Below are positions 9,802 through 22,699 of a DNA stretch of 64,000 bases, piece by piece. The notes below the pieces were generated by a model, which worked only from the letters and a program-made list of their open reading frames with translations, did no database searches and was not told the DNA's origin. Position 1 is the first letter of the stretch. Every line of letters starts with the position of its first letter. This stretch comes from Vulcanimicrobiota bacterium (GTDB taxonomy: Bacteria > Vulcanimicrobiota > Vulcanimicrobiia > Vulcanimicrobiales > Vulcanimicrobiaceae), in NCBI GenBank assembly GCA_963714015.1, contig OY970223.1:1024001-1088000 (forward strand), read 5' to 3'. The position numbers and the translations under genes are program-made.

Positions 9802-11669
9802 TGCACATCATCGGAACGGCCGGCCACGTCGATCACGGGAAATCGTCGCTCGTCAATGCGCTCACGGGTACGAATCCGGATCGCTGGCTGGAGGAGCAAC
9901 TTCGAGGGATGACGCTGGATTTGGGTTTTGCGCATTTGCGTTTTCCCGACGGCGTAGAAGCGGGTATCGTCGACGTCCCGGGTCACGAGCGCTTTCTGCA
10001 TAACATGCTGGCGGGAGCGGCGGGAATGCAGACTTTTGCTTCTCGTCATCGCGGCAACGGAAGGCGTCATGCCGCAGACGATCGAGCATCTGCAGATTCT
10101 GCAGTATCTGAACGTGCGCGAAACGATCGTCGTGCTTACGAAGATGGATCTCATTCCGCCGGAACAAGCCGGAGCCGTCTGCAAAAACGTGTATGAGGAA
10201 CTGAAGGAAACGATGGCGGCGAATGCGCCGATCTTCGCCGTCTCCACGCTGACGGGACAAAATCTCGACGCGCTGCGCGAAGGGATTCACGAAACCCTCG
10301 CGCGGCTGCCGCAGTGCAATCCGTCGGCTCCGGCATATCTCCCCATCGACCGCGTCTTTGCGTTACCTGGACACGGCACAATCGTTACCGGAACGCTGAT
10401 GCAGGGCCGGATTGCAATCGGCGATACTCTTGCGCTGCAGCCCTCCGGAAAACGCGTTCGCGTGCGAAGCTTGCAGAGTTTCGGCGAAAAACGCGACTTC
10501 GTCGAAGGCGGAGCCCGTGCCGCAGTCAACATTCCGTCGGTCGCCGTTCACGACATCGCGCGGGGCGAAATGCTTGTTGCGCCGCAGTTCGAAGCGTCCG
10601 ATTCGTTTCTCGTCGAGTTTACGCCGCTGGAGGCGGCTCTCGCGATTCTTCGGCGGCGCAACGCCGTTCGCGCGTATATCGGATCTGCCGAGATCCTCGG
10701 AACTCTCGTCTTCGAAGAGATTCCGCGCGACCTTCAAACGGTACGCGCCGAGCTGTTTTTGCGTAAGGCCACTGTCGCGTACCCTGGAACGGCTTACGTA
10801 CTGCGACGGCTGTCGCCTAAGGATTTACTGGGCGGCGGAACGATCGCGCGGAGCGCTGGGATCGTCGAATCCGTGCAAGATGCGCCGACGGCGCCCGAGT
10901 CATCGGTTTTGGCCGCGCTCGCGCAGGCCGGTTTAGCCGCGCCGACTGCCGGCGAGATCGCGCGCAGTACCAATCTTCGCGAAGACGGAGTGGAAGAAGC
11001 GCTCGAAGCGCTCGTGCAGCGCGGCGAAGTCCTGCGCATTGCAAAACCGACTGCATACGTGCACGAAAGCGCCGCCGCGCGAGTTTTTTTCGAGGATTGA
11101 GGAAGCGCTGCGGCAGCAGCATGAATTGGAACCCTGGGCAATGGGCGCCACCTCGCTGCGTCTTGCCAGATCGCTCTCTGTCGGACGAGTCGATGCTCGT
11201 CCGGATATTGGACGCTTTCGTAGACCAGGGCAAAGTTGCGCGCCGCGCGGGCTACTTTGCGCTCGTAGGCTTCACGCCGAAACTCAGCAGCGAACAGCAA
11301 GCATTTTTCGACGAAGAACTGCGCACCGGCGCCGCCGCTCCGTTCGCGCCGGTACCGCTCGCGCAAGTCGTCAGCGCCGTGAAGCACTCCCGTATTGACG
11401 GAATCGGCAAGGCTTTCGATACGCTGCTTGCCAAAGGTGCATTAGTGAAGGTAAACGACGACCTTTACCTGGGTGCTCAAATAGCGCAGATACACGGCCG
11501 GATCGAGCAGTTTTTGCGGCTCAACGACCGGATGACCATGGCGCAGTTTCGCGACCTCATCGGAACCTCGCGCAAATATGCCGTCCCCTTGCTCGAGTGG
11601 TTCGACGCCCGCGGCATTACCGTTCGGAGCGGCGATTACCGAATGCTGCGAGCCAAGAAATCCGCGTGA
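9801..11669 (+). CDS. selB: Selenocysteine-specific elongation factor (about three frameshifts: ~10030, ~11090, ~11180)
   Basis: [37 protein letters not shown]-terminal winged helix [20 protein letters not shown]. Confidence 0.93.
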
Positions 11670-12676
11670 TCGACGTACGCGCACTGCCCAAGGCGGAGCT
11701 GCACGTGCATCTGGAAGGGACCCTGGAACCGGAGCTCGCTCTTGCCTTGGGGCAACGGAACGGTGTGCGGCTTTCGTTCGAAGATCCGGCAGGGGCGCGG
11801 GCGTTTTACAATTTTAAAGATCGCGCCGCGTTTGCGAATCTGTATCACGAAACGCAAAGCGTTCTGCGAACCGAGCGAGATTTTGAAGAACTGGCAAAAG
11901 CATACCTGCGGCGCGCGCAGGGCCAGAACGTGCGTCACTCCGAGGTATTCTTCGATCCGCAGAGCCATCTGGAGCGCGGCGTGCCGTTCGACGTCGTTAT
12001 CGACGGATTGTGGTCCGCCTTCTCGCGCAGCGAAATCGATTTCAACATCAGCACCGCACTCATCATGTGCTTTATGCGCGATCGTTCGCAGCGCGGCGCG
12101 CTGCAGACGCTTTCGCTCGCGCTTCCATACCAAGACCGCATCATCGGCGTTGGTTTAGACTCCGGCGAAGAAGGCAACCCGCCCGCCGCATTCGTTACCG
12201 TTTTCGAACAAGCGCGGGCACATGGCTTTTTAGCGGTGGCGCATGCCGGCGAAGTGGGGCCGCCTGCGTACATTTGGCAAGCTCTTGACGATTTGCGTGC
12301 CGTGCGGATCGATCATGGAATTCGCGCTCTCGAAGATGCCGAGCTGACCAATCGACTCGTGCGTACGCGCATGCCGCTGACTGTCTGTCCGCTCTCGAAC
12401 GTGCGGATGGGCGCGGTCGCCAGCCTGGCGCATCATCCGCTCAAACGCATGCTGGGCGCCGGACTGATGGTCAGCGTAAACTCCGGCGATCCGGCGTACT
12501 TCGGCGGTTACGCCGCCGAGAATTACGAGGCTGCCGCATCGGCGCTGCGACTCTCCGACGACGATCTACTGACCCTTGCGCGCAACTCTTTTGCGTCCGC
12601 TTTCTTGGACGACGGCACGCGCTGGAAATATTACGAAGAGATCGCGGCGGTATCCAAACGCGAGCAAAGCGCTTAG
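11666..12676 (+). CDS. add: Adenosine/adenine deaminase
   Basis: PKAELHVHLEG, AHAGE, RIDHG, CPLSN, NSGDPAYFG. GTG start overlaps the selB stop. Confidence 0.9.
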   Translation: MIDVRALPKAELHVHLEGTLEPELALALGQRNGVRLSFEDPAGARAFYNFKDRAAFANLYHETQSVLRTERDFEELAKAYLRRAQGQNVRHSEVFFDPQSHLERGVPFDVVIDGLWSAFSRSEIDFNISTALIMCFMRDRSQRGALQTLSLALPYQDRIIGVGLDSGEEGNPPAAFVTVFEQARAHGFLAVAHAGEVGPPAYIWQALDDLRAVRIDHGIRALEDAELTNRLVRTRMPLTVCPLSNVRMGAVASLAHHPLKRMLGAGLMVSVNSGDPAYFGGYAAENYEAAASALRLSDDDLLTLARNSFASAFLDDGTRWKYYEEIAAVSKREQSA

Positions 12677-13759
12677 TGCCGCAGCGTTAGAACGCCGATG
12701 ACTACCTCGATCACGATCAGCACGATGACGATGATTTCGAGAAACTGTTCGCGCCCTCCGCGCGCCTGATCGTTCAGAAAGCGGTAGATCTCCCCGACGC
12801 TGCCGATCTTGCGATCGATCTGACGCTCCCAGTCTTCCAGCGCGAGCCGCTTTGCCGCTGCGCGATAGATGCGCGCGTAGTAAGCGTCTCCGATAATCTT
12901 CAGCGCGTTGCTCGAACGATCGATGCAGCTCCAGCACGTCGACGATCATGTACCGCAGACTTCCCGCTTGTTCGGCTGCGCGACGGCCCAAGGGCGAGCG
13001 AATGGGGCGGCCGGGCTGCATCGCATAGATGTCGTCCAGTTCGCGGTCGAGCAGCGCGTCATAGGTTCGCAGTTCGACGAGCTGAGAGTTGGCAAATTCC
13101 AAAATGTCGCCTATCGCTTCGGCGCTCTCGCGGCGATCGTAGATGAACGCGGCGTCCCACTGTACGATCGTCAGATCGTCGACGAAGTAGACGAAGCGCT
13201 CGCGCAGGGCGGTCGCGAGGTATGAGCGCGAGAGATTGCCGCTTTCGCCTAGGATCAGCGACCCGAGATCGTTTTCGTATTCCGTTTCGAGGGCGCTGCC
13301 CGCGATGGACGGATTGAAGTGCTCGACTTCGATGATGAAATAGTCTTCCATCAGCGGCTCGTGCGGGTCGTCGAGCGCGTGCGCGATGTCCCGGCGAACC
13401 TCCTCGAGCGTCCGGTTGGCCGCTTGCGGAAGGTCGCCGGTATTACGCACCGTGTTCGCAAACTCCATGAACTCATGCCAGCCGCCGGAGAACGGCAGCG
13501 AGAGCCGCACGGAGACGACGCCGTAGTCGAAGACTTTGATCCGCCGCTCCACCTTGCGGCCGCCCACCGTCTCCTCCGAAAGCCGCGCGACGAGCGGCGG
13601 TACCGGGAATTCCAGATATGCCGGTGACGTATGGGGCCGCAGCCGCAGATGGGCCGGAGCGAGGCCCTCTCCGCCCACGCTGCGAAGCGCGCGCAAATCG
13701 ATCGTGTCCGCAATGTCGTACAGGTAAAAAGCGCGAAGCGCGCCGGCTGCGACTTCCAC
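12673..13759 (-). CDS. RMD1/DUF155-like protein with C-terminal TM (frameshift near 12925)
   Basis: VFDYGVVS, ILEFANSQLVELRTYD, then IIGDAYYARIY...LEIIVIVLIVIEVVIG in the shifted frame. Confidence 0.65.
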
Positions 13760-13846
13760 GGCTTGGCTGGGTACGGTAAAGGCTGCAGCGAGCCTTTGAA
13801 CGACGAAACCGAAAGGGCCCTCCTGCTGTCCTAGAATAGTGAAAAT

Positions 13847-16480
<2,634 letters not shown>

Positions 16481-16537
16481 CAGGCACCATGGTAGGCGGC
16501 GACTGCGCCGAGATCGTGCGAGCCGGAGGAGTAAACC

Positions 16538-16676
16538 GTGATTCACCAGATTGCGCCGGTGTTCTTTACGAGGAACATTGCGGCTACCGCAGCGTGGGCA
16601 ACATGCCGTGGAACTCGCGCAATTCGTGGTGAAGGACTGTGACGGCCGTCTGCTACTGTTCGGCTCCAACCCGTAG
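16538..16676 (+). pseudogene. Internally deleted VOC/glyoxalase gene remnant
   Basis: GGAGGA RBS + GTG start MIHQIAPVFFTRNIAAT, joined out of frame to NMPWNSR / FVVKDCDGRLLLFGSNP-stop, the typical VOC C-terminus. Confidence 0.6.
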
Positions 16677-17069
16677 TTCCGGCGCACCCTCGCCGGGATA
16701 ATTGAAGAAGAGCTGGTTGCCGTCCGGATCGTCGACGACCAGCACTCGGTAGCCCCAGGATCCATCCTTGACGGGAACGCCTTTGGCATCGAATTCCGAG
16801 CGCAGCGCATCTACTGCGGCGGCGGCCGCTTCGCGCGTCGCCGGCTCGACGTTCAGTGAAATGAACATGAGCCCATTGCCAATCTTCTCCGGCCACGTGT
16901 CGGCCAGAATAAGCGCGCAACCTTGCCGATCGACTTGCGCGACATGCGGTTTGCCCTCGTCGTCGTAGCGCCATGGGCTCGTGAAACCGAGTCGATTAAC
17001 GTAAAAGCCGAGCGAAGCCTCAACGTCGCTCACGTGCAGGACGGCACGCGCGAACCAATCAACGGACAT
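16653..17069 (-). CDS. VOC / glyoxalase / bleomycin-resistance family protein
   Basis: LHVSDVEASLGFYVNRLGF...WGYRVLVVDDPDGNQLFF. Confidence 0.9.
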   Translation of the reverse strand: MSVDWFARAVLHVSDVEASLGFYVNRLGFTSPWRYDDEGKPHVAQVDRQGCALILADTWPEKIGNGLMFISLNVEPATREAAAAAVDALRSEFDAKGVPVKDGSWGYRVLVVDDPDGNQLFFNYPGEGAPELRVGAEQ

Positions 17070-17180
17070 AGCGTTCCTTTCGCCGGGCGGCCGGCGTCCA
17101 CCGTCACCCACTGAAACATTCCGGATTTCTTCCCAGTAGTACGGGACAGTCAAGGCAGCAAAAAGCAAGAGGTACGAATC

Positions 17181-17327
17181 ATGCAAGGCCTGACAGTCTT
17201 TCCCAGTCTAGTTGACGCATTGAGCGCCGGATACCACGTCTACGATCGCACGCCCCGCGGCTACCTTATGAGGACCCGCACGGCCGCTGGTTGGGCACTT
17301 GCACTCGTGGAGCCGCGCCTACCGTAA
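17181..17327 (+). CDS. Small hypothetical protein, 48 aa
   Basis: AAGAGG RBS; MQGLTVFPSLVDALSAGYHVYDRTPRGYLMRTRTAAGWALALVEPRLP. Confidence 0.6.
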   Translation: MQGLTVFPSLVDALSAGYHVYDRTPRGYLMRTRTAAGWALALVEPRLP

Positions 17328-17337
17328 AGAGAGTATC

Positions 17338-17451
17338 ATGCTCGTAGAATCCTCGAAGAGCAAATCCGAAACGCCCGCGGCGACGACCCGCGTACGCCTG
17401 CCCGTCCAAATGGAAAGCCGCATATTCGGCGGCTGGGGAATCCGCTTCTAA
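17338..17451 (+). CDS. Possible small peptide, 37 aa
   Basis: AGAGAG upstream; MLVESSKSKSETPAATTRVRLPVQMESRIFGGWGIRF fills the gap up to the typA stop. Confidence 0.4.
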   Translation: MLVESSKSKSETPAATTRVRLPVQMESRIFGGWGIRF

Positions 17452-17456
17452 AAAGA

Positions 17457-19284
17457 CTACGCTTTACTCAGAACGCGTTTGCGCGCACGTATGCGATCGG
17501 TTTCATTGAGCAGCCGCTTGCGCAAACGAATCGACTTCGGCGTCACCTCGACGAGTTCGTCGTCCTCGATGAATTCGATGGCGCGCTCCAACGAAAGATC
17601 CTCCGGCGGCGCCAACTTCACGTTCTCATCCGATCCGGCCGCTCGCATGTTCGTGAGTTTCTTTTCCCGCACCACATTGAGCGCCACGTCCTTGTCGTCG
17701 TTAGCACGGCCGACGATCATCCCCTCATAAACGTCGAGGCCCGGCGCAACGAAGTAACGCCCGCGCTGCTCGAGCCCCATCAGCGCATAGCCCGTCGTGC
17801 GGCCGGTGTCGCTGGCGACGAGCGCGCCGACGTTCCGTCCAGGGAGCTCTCCTTGCCATTCCTGATGATCGTAATACGTGTGAGACATTACTGCCGTGCC
17901 GCGCGTGAGCGTGAGAAGCTCGCCGCGCAGCCCGAAGATCGCGCGGGTCGGCATGGTATATTCCAAGCGTCGCGATTCGGCCACGTTGATCATGTTCGAC
18001 ATGATCGCTTTACGGCGTCCGAGCGCTTCGATGACCGGCCCCTCGTACTCTGAGGGCACGTCCACCACCACGTACTCGACGGGTTCCCACTTCTTGCCGT
18101 CGCGTTCCGTAACGATCACTTGCGGCTTGGAAACCTGCAGCTCGTAGCCTTCGCGCCGCATCGTCTCGATCAAAATGGAGAGATGAAGTTCGCCGCGGCC
18201 TCGCACTTCGAACGTGTCGGCGGAATCGGTGTCGGCGACGCGCAGGGCGACGTTCGACTCGAGCTCGGCCATCAAACGTCCTCGAATCTGGCGCGACGTC
18301 AAATACTTGCCTTCTTTTCCGGCGAACGGCGAATTGTTGACGCTGAAGAACATCGAAACGGTGGGCTCGTCGACTGCGATGGCGTGTACGCCTTCCGGCG
18401 CGTTGACGTCGGCAATCGTGTCACCGATGTTCAGACCTTCGATTCCTGAAACGCAGACGATGTCGCCGGCGGTGGCCTCCTCCACTTCGACGCGTTCCAG
18501 GCCTTGGAACGTGAGCAATTTGGTCAGGCGCAATCCCGTCTCTACGCCGCCGTCGCGCGCGACTTTGGCGATGGGCGCATTCATGCGCGCGCTGCCGCGA
18601 AAGACCCGGCCGATACCGATGCGTCCGACGTATTTGTTGTGATCGATGGCCGATATCAGCATCTGAAAGCCGCCGTCTTCAGCCGGCGCTTCCGGAACGT
18701 GATCGCAGATCACCTTGAAAAGGGGCTCGAGATCCTGCGCTAGGATCCTCGAGCGTGCGTTTGGCGATGCCGAGTTTTCCGTTGGTGAATACCGTCGGGA
18801 AATCGGCTTGCTCGTCGTTGGCGCCGAGCTCGATGAAGAGGTCGAAGACTTCGTTCACGACTTCGGTCGGCCGTGCATCTTTGCGGTCGATTTTATTGAC
18901 GACGACGATGGCCTTGAGATCGAGTTCGAGCGCTTTACGAAGCACGAAGCGCGTCTGCGGCATGACGCCCTCGGCTGCGTCCACGAGCAGCAGCACGCCC
19001 TGGACCATCTGCAGTACCCGTTCTACCTCGCCGCCGAAGTCGGCGTGTCCGGGCGTGTCGACGATGTTGAACTTGACGTCCCCATGCCGGATGGCCGTGT
19101 TTTTGGCCAGAATGGTGATGCCGCGTTCGCGTTCGAGAGGATTTGAGTCCATCACGCGCGTTTCCACGTGCTGGCCCTCGCGAAAGACGCCGCTCTGGCG
19201 GAGCATGGCGTCCACCAGGGTCGTTTTGCCATGGTCGACGTGGGCGATGATGGCGACGTTGCGGATGCCGGGACGGGTTTTCAC
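17457..19284 (-). CDS. typA: Translational GTPase TypA/BipA (frameshift near 18720-18745)
   Basis: [41 protein letters not shown]. Confidence 0.95.
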
Positions 19285-19326
19285 GTTTGAACTCTTACCA
19301 TAGAACGCGCCTAATACGCTACCTTT

Positions 19327-20616
19327 TTACTCGGCCGCGCGAGGGAGCGAAAACCAGAAAGACGTTACCTTGTTCGGCTCGCTTTCGTAGCCGATGGCGC
19401 CGCCCATCATCGCTACCAGTTCCTGGCAGATGTACAGGCCCAGGCCGATCGAGGCGTCGCTGCTCTCGCTCGAGACACGGCCGAAACGCGTGAAAATCCT
19501 CTCCCGCTCGGCCTCGCGAACGCCCGGTCCTTCGTTTCGGACGACGAAGCTGACGCTTTCGGATGAGGCTTTGATTTCGACGACGATGACGGAACCTTCG
19601 TACGAGTACTTCGCCGCGTTCGAAAGCATGTTCGTCAGAATCTGCACGACGCGCCCTTCATCGGCTTGAACCGGCGGCAGAGGCGCCAAATAGAGCGAGC
19701 GGAATTCGCGTTCCGGATGCTGGCTCTCCATCCGCGCCACCGACTCTTCGACCATCGCGACCGCATCGACGGGTTCCATGCGCAGCGTGAGTTTCCCGGC
19801 GTCCATGCGCGAGAGCAGCAGAAAGTCTTCGAAGATTGCGGAGAGCCGCGCGGTCGACGTGCTGAGCACTGCGAGCAGTTCCTTGCGGCGTTCCGGCGTG
19901 AGCGAGTCGAAGTGCGTCTCCAGCAGCACCGTAGAGCCGTGTATCGCCGCGAGCGGTGAACGCACCTCGTGCGAAACGATGCTGAAAAATTCGCTCTGCG
20001 CGCGGGACGTCGCTTCGAGCATCTCGCGGCGTTCGACTTCGACTTTGTGTCCGCGCGCGTTGCCCAGCGCCAGTCCGACGAGGTTGACGAACAACTGCAT
20101 CTCGCGCAGCGTCTCCAGCGACGGAACTCGGCCGTCGAGCGGGCCGTCAACCGAGATGTAGCCGATCATCTCGCCGTCGCGATCCGCCAGAACCAGCGTT
20201 AGCGAGTCGTGCTCGTGCCACGCGTGCGAGCTCTCGCGCTGCTTTTCGAACTGCTTTTCGCCGACGTAGATATTGTATGCCCAGTGCTGTTCCCGCTCCG
20301 CCGGAATGTAGAAGCATCCGGGCATGACCTCGAACTCGGGAAGCAGCAGCTGCACCATCGCGGTTCGCGGAATGTGCTCGCCTAGGCGCTCTTTGATTTG
20401 CTCGGGCGCGAAGCCGATGATGACGCGGCGGTACATCTCTCCGCCGGGCTCCTCTGAGGCGACGATTGAGACGTATTTGAAGCGATACAGCTCGCTCAAC
20501 CCGCGCGCAATCGAATCGAGCGCCAGCACGATGTCCTGGGCGTGAAGAATGTCTTGCGTGATCTCGAAAAGCCGCTGGAGTGTCTGGCCTTCGGGTGAAC
20601 TCTGGGTGGTCGTCAT
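19327..20616 (-). CDS. GAF-like sensor histidine kinase (no adjacent response regulator)
   Basis: H-box SHEVRSPL, N-box NMLSNAAKYS, G2 GLGL. Start refined to ATG 20616. Confidence 0.9.
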   Translation of the reverse strand: MTTTQSSPEGQTLQRLFEITQDILHAQDIVLALDSIARGLSELYRFKYVSIVASEEPGGEMYRRVIIGFAPEQIKERLGEHIPRTAMVQLLLPEFEVMPGCFYIPAEREQHWAYNIYVGEKQFEKQRESSHAWHEHDSLTLVLADRDGEMIGYISVDGPLDGRVPSLETLREMQLFVNLVGLALGNARGHKVEVERREMLEATSRAQSEFFSIVSHEVRSPLAAIHGSTVLLETHFDSLTPERRKELLAVLSTSTARLSAIFEDFLLLSRMDAGKLTLRMEPVDAVAMVEESVARMESQHPEREFRSLYLAPLPPVQADEGRVVQILTNMLSNAAKYSYEGSVIVVEIKASSESVSFVVRNEGPGVREAERERIFTRFGRVSSESSDASIGLGLYICQELVAMMGGAIGYESEPNKVTSFWFSLPRAAE

Positions 20617-20673
20617 CGGGACTTTTGAAGATTCCACGAGGGAGCGGGCTGAGCCTAGCGTAAGCTCACTTGC

Positions 20674-21633
20674 ATGAGGACTCCGCTTCTCTACAACGAG
20701 GACTGCATCAGCGGCGCGGTCTCGCACCTGGCCGATGCAAGCGTCGACCTCATCGTCACCGATCCGCCCTACGGCATTGAAGGCGACCGCCTGCACCGTC
20801 ATTACAACCGGGACGAGCGCTACGTCGTCGACGGCTATGTCGAGGTGGATCGGCGGCGGTACGCATCGTTCAGCCGTGCTTGGATTGCGCAGGCAGCGCG
20901 CGTTCTGCGTCCAGGGGGCCAAATGTACGTGGTCTCCGGCTACACGAATCTTGGTGCCGTGCTCGACGCGCTGCGCGCTGCCGAACTCAAAGAGATCAAT
21001 CATATCGTTTGGAAGTACAACTTCGGCGTCTACACCAGCACGAAATTCGTTTCTTCGCACTATCACGTTTTGTATTACGCCAAACCGGGCGGAAAGCGAA
21101 CCTTCAATCTTCAGGCACGGTACCCGCTGGACGCGACGGCCCAGGGCGGCGGTTCGCTGAACTACCGCGATCGCGAGGACGTCTGGATCATCAATCGGGA
21201 GTACAAGCCGGGCAAGACGAAAAACAAGAACGAGCTTCCCGAAGCGTTGCTGCAAAAGATGATCGCCTACAGCAGCAATGCCGGAGACCTCGTCTGCGAT
21301 TTCTTCGCCGGCGGCGGATCGACGGGCGTCGTCGCGATCGGTATGAACCGGCGCTTCAGCGGCTTCGAGATATCCAAAAGCGCTTATCACACGGCACTGC
21401 GGCGCATGCAGAAAGCCGTTCCCGGATCGCTGATTGAAGCGATTCCCCGCCCCCATGTCGTCGTAAACCGCGGAAAGACGTGGAGTCCCGAGGAGTCGCA
21501 GCGCCTGCAGCGGCGGTATCGTGATCTTTCGTCAACGGGCGCAACGCAAGCGGCGATCGTCCAAACGCTGAGCGAAGAGTTTGCGCGCGGCGCCTGGGCG
21601 ATCCGCAAGCGGCTCAAGCATCATTCACGATAA
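20674..21633 (+). CDS. Site-specific DNA methyltransferase (N6-A/N4-C, beta class) with C-terminal extension
   Basis: DPPY motif IV precedes DFFAGGGST motif I. Confidence 0.9.
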   Translation: MRTPLLYNEDCISGAVSHLADASVDLIVTDPPYGIEGDRLHRHYNRDERYVVDGYVEVDRRRYASFSRAWIAQAARVLRPGGQMYVVSGYTNLGAVLDALRAAELKEINHIVWKYNFGVYTSTKFVSSHYHVLYYAKPGGKRTFNLQARYPLDATAQGGGSLNYRDREDVWIINREYKPGKTKNKNELPEALLQKMIAYSSNAGDLVCDFFAGGGSTGVVAIGMNRRFSGFEISKSAYHTALRRMQKAVPGSLIEAIPRPHVVVNRGKTWSPEESQRLQRRYRDLSSTGATQAAIVQTLSEEFARGAWAIRKRLKHHSR

Positions 21634-21678
21634 CCGCCGGCGCCGCGTGAGGCAGTACGCGGCGCCGGAATCGCGAAT

Positions 21679-22572
21679 TTAACCGCCGTAGTTCGGGCCC
21701 GCGGACGCGAGTGCCGCATTCAACTGTCCACGCGCCTGCCCTAAAGACTGGATTGCCCGCACGCGGTAGCCGTCGTAGTCGTGTGAGTCGAGGTTGAGCA
21801 TTCCGATCGCGTGCTGCACCATGCCCCGCACGTATGCCAGGTTTGCGTTACTGCCGCCGCGGGTGCGCAGCATCGGCTCTGCGCTTGCGTTCGCGTTCGG
21901 CGGTGCAATCGCGGCGAAGCGAGGGTCGCCTTCATCGGCGTGCAGCCCGAGCAGAATGTCTTGACGCGCTTGCTGCATCGCCGTCATTGCGTCCACGCGG
22001 TGACCGTCGTAGTCGCGCTGATCGTTCTGCAGCTGATCTATCCCGCGTTCGATATACCAGCGCGCATACTGCATGTTGCGATCGCTGGCCGAATCGAGCG
22101 GATGCTGATTGAAGTACGCCAGCGCCGCGCGCAGTTGTCCGCGGGTCTGGTCCAGTTCCTCAATCGCCTTGACGCGGAAACCACCGTAATCGTGCTGATC
22201 TTGCTGCAGCATTCCAACAGCCTGCTGCAAGTAGCCGTCTACGGCCGCAATGTTCTGATTGCTGGCTCCCTGCGGACGCACCCACGACTGCATCGAGCGC
22301 GGCATGATGATGCCCGGGTCGGCGACCCGCTCGTGATTCTGATCGTATAAGAGCGCTGAAGTGAGGTCGGACTGGACGATCTGAAGATCGGCGACCGCAG
22401 CGGCGCGGTGACCGCCGTAATCGCGATCGTCCTGGTTGAGCATATTTATGGATTGAGCGAGGTAGCCGCGCGTTGCAGCGATGTTTTCATCGCTCCAGTT
22501 AGGATTTGCAAGCGCCGCGACCGGTGCGCCGAGTGCAGCGATGAGGCTTGCTGCGATAAGTGCATTTTTCAT
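21679..22572 (-). CDS. Secreted protein with four helical-hairpin repeats
   Basis: Signal peptide plus four repeats centred on DYGGHR, DYGGFR, DYDGHR and DYDGYR. Confidence 0.8.
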   Translation of the reverse strand: MKNALIAASLIAALGAPVAALANPNWSDENIAATRGYLAQSINMLNQDDRDYGGHRAAAVADLQIVQSDLTSALLYDQNHERVADPGIIMPRSMQSWVRPQGASNQNIAAVDGYLQQAVGMLQQDQHDYGGFRVKAIEELDQTRGQLRAALAYFNQHPLDSASDRNMQYARWYIERGIDQLQNDQRDYDGHRVDAMTAMQQARQDILLGLHADEGDPRFAAIAPPNANASAEPMLRTRGGSNANLAYVRGMVQHAIGMLNLDSHDYDGYRVRAIQSLGQARGQLNAALASAGPNYGG

Positions 22573-22699
22573 GTGCGTTCCTGCCTTTCGGCATTACGAG
22601 AAGTGCTTCGAAGGAGAAACGCAAGCGGGGCGCTCCGGCATCACGGCATGGGATTAGAAACCGGTGAAAGCTCGGCGTTACGGGTGATGCTGTACCTAG

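Noticed and set aside
8454..10196. Apparent SelA-SelB fusion ORF (580 aa)
   Set aside because: It is created by the selA frameshift; the genuine selA C-terminus and TGATG stop-start overlap are present at 9799-9803.
19327..21456. 709-aa version of the histidine kinase
   Set aside because: The N-terminal extension is the antisense shadow of the DNA methyltransferase; ATG 20616 is the plausible start.
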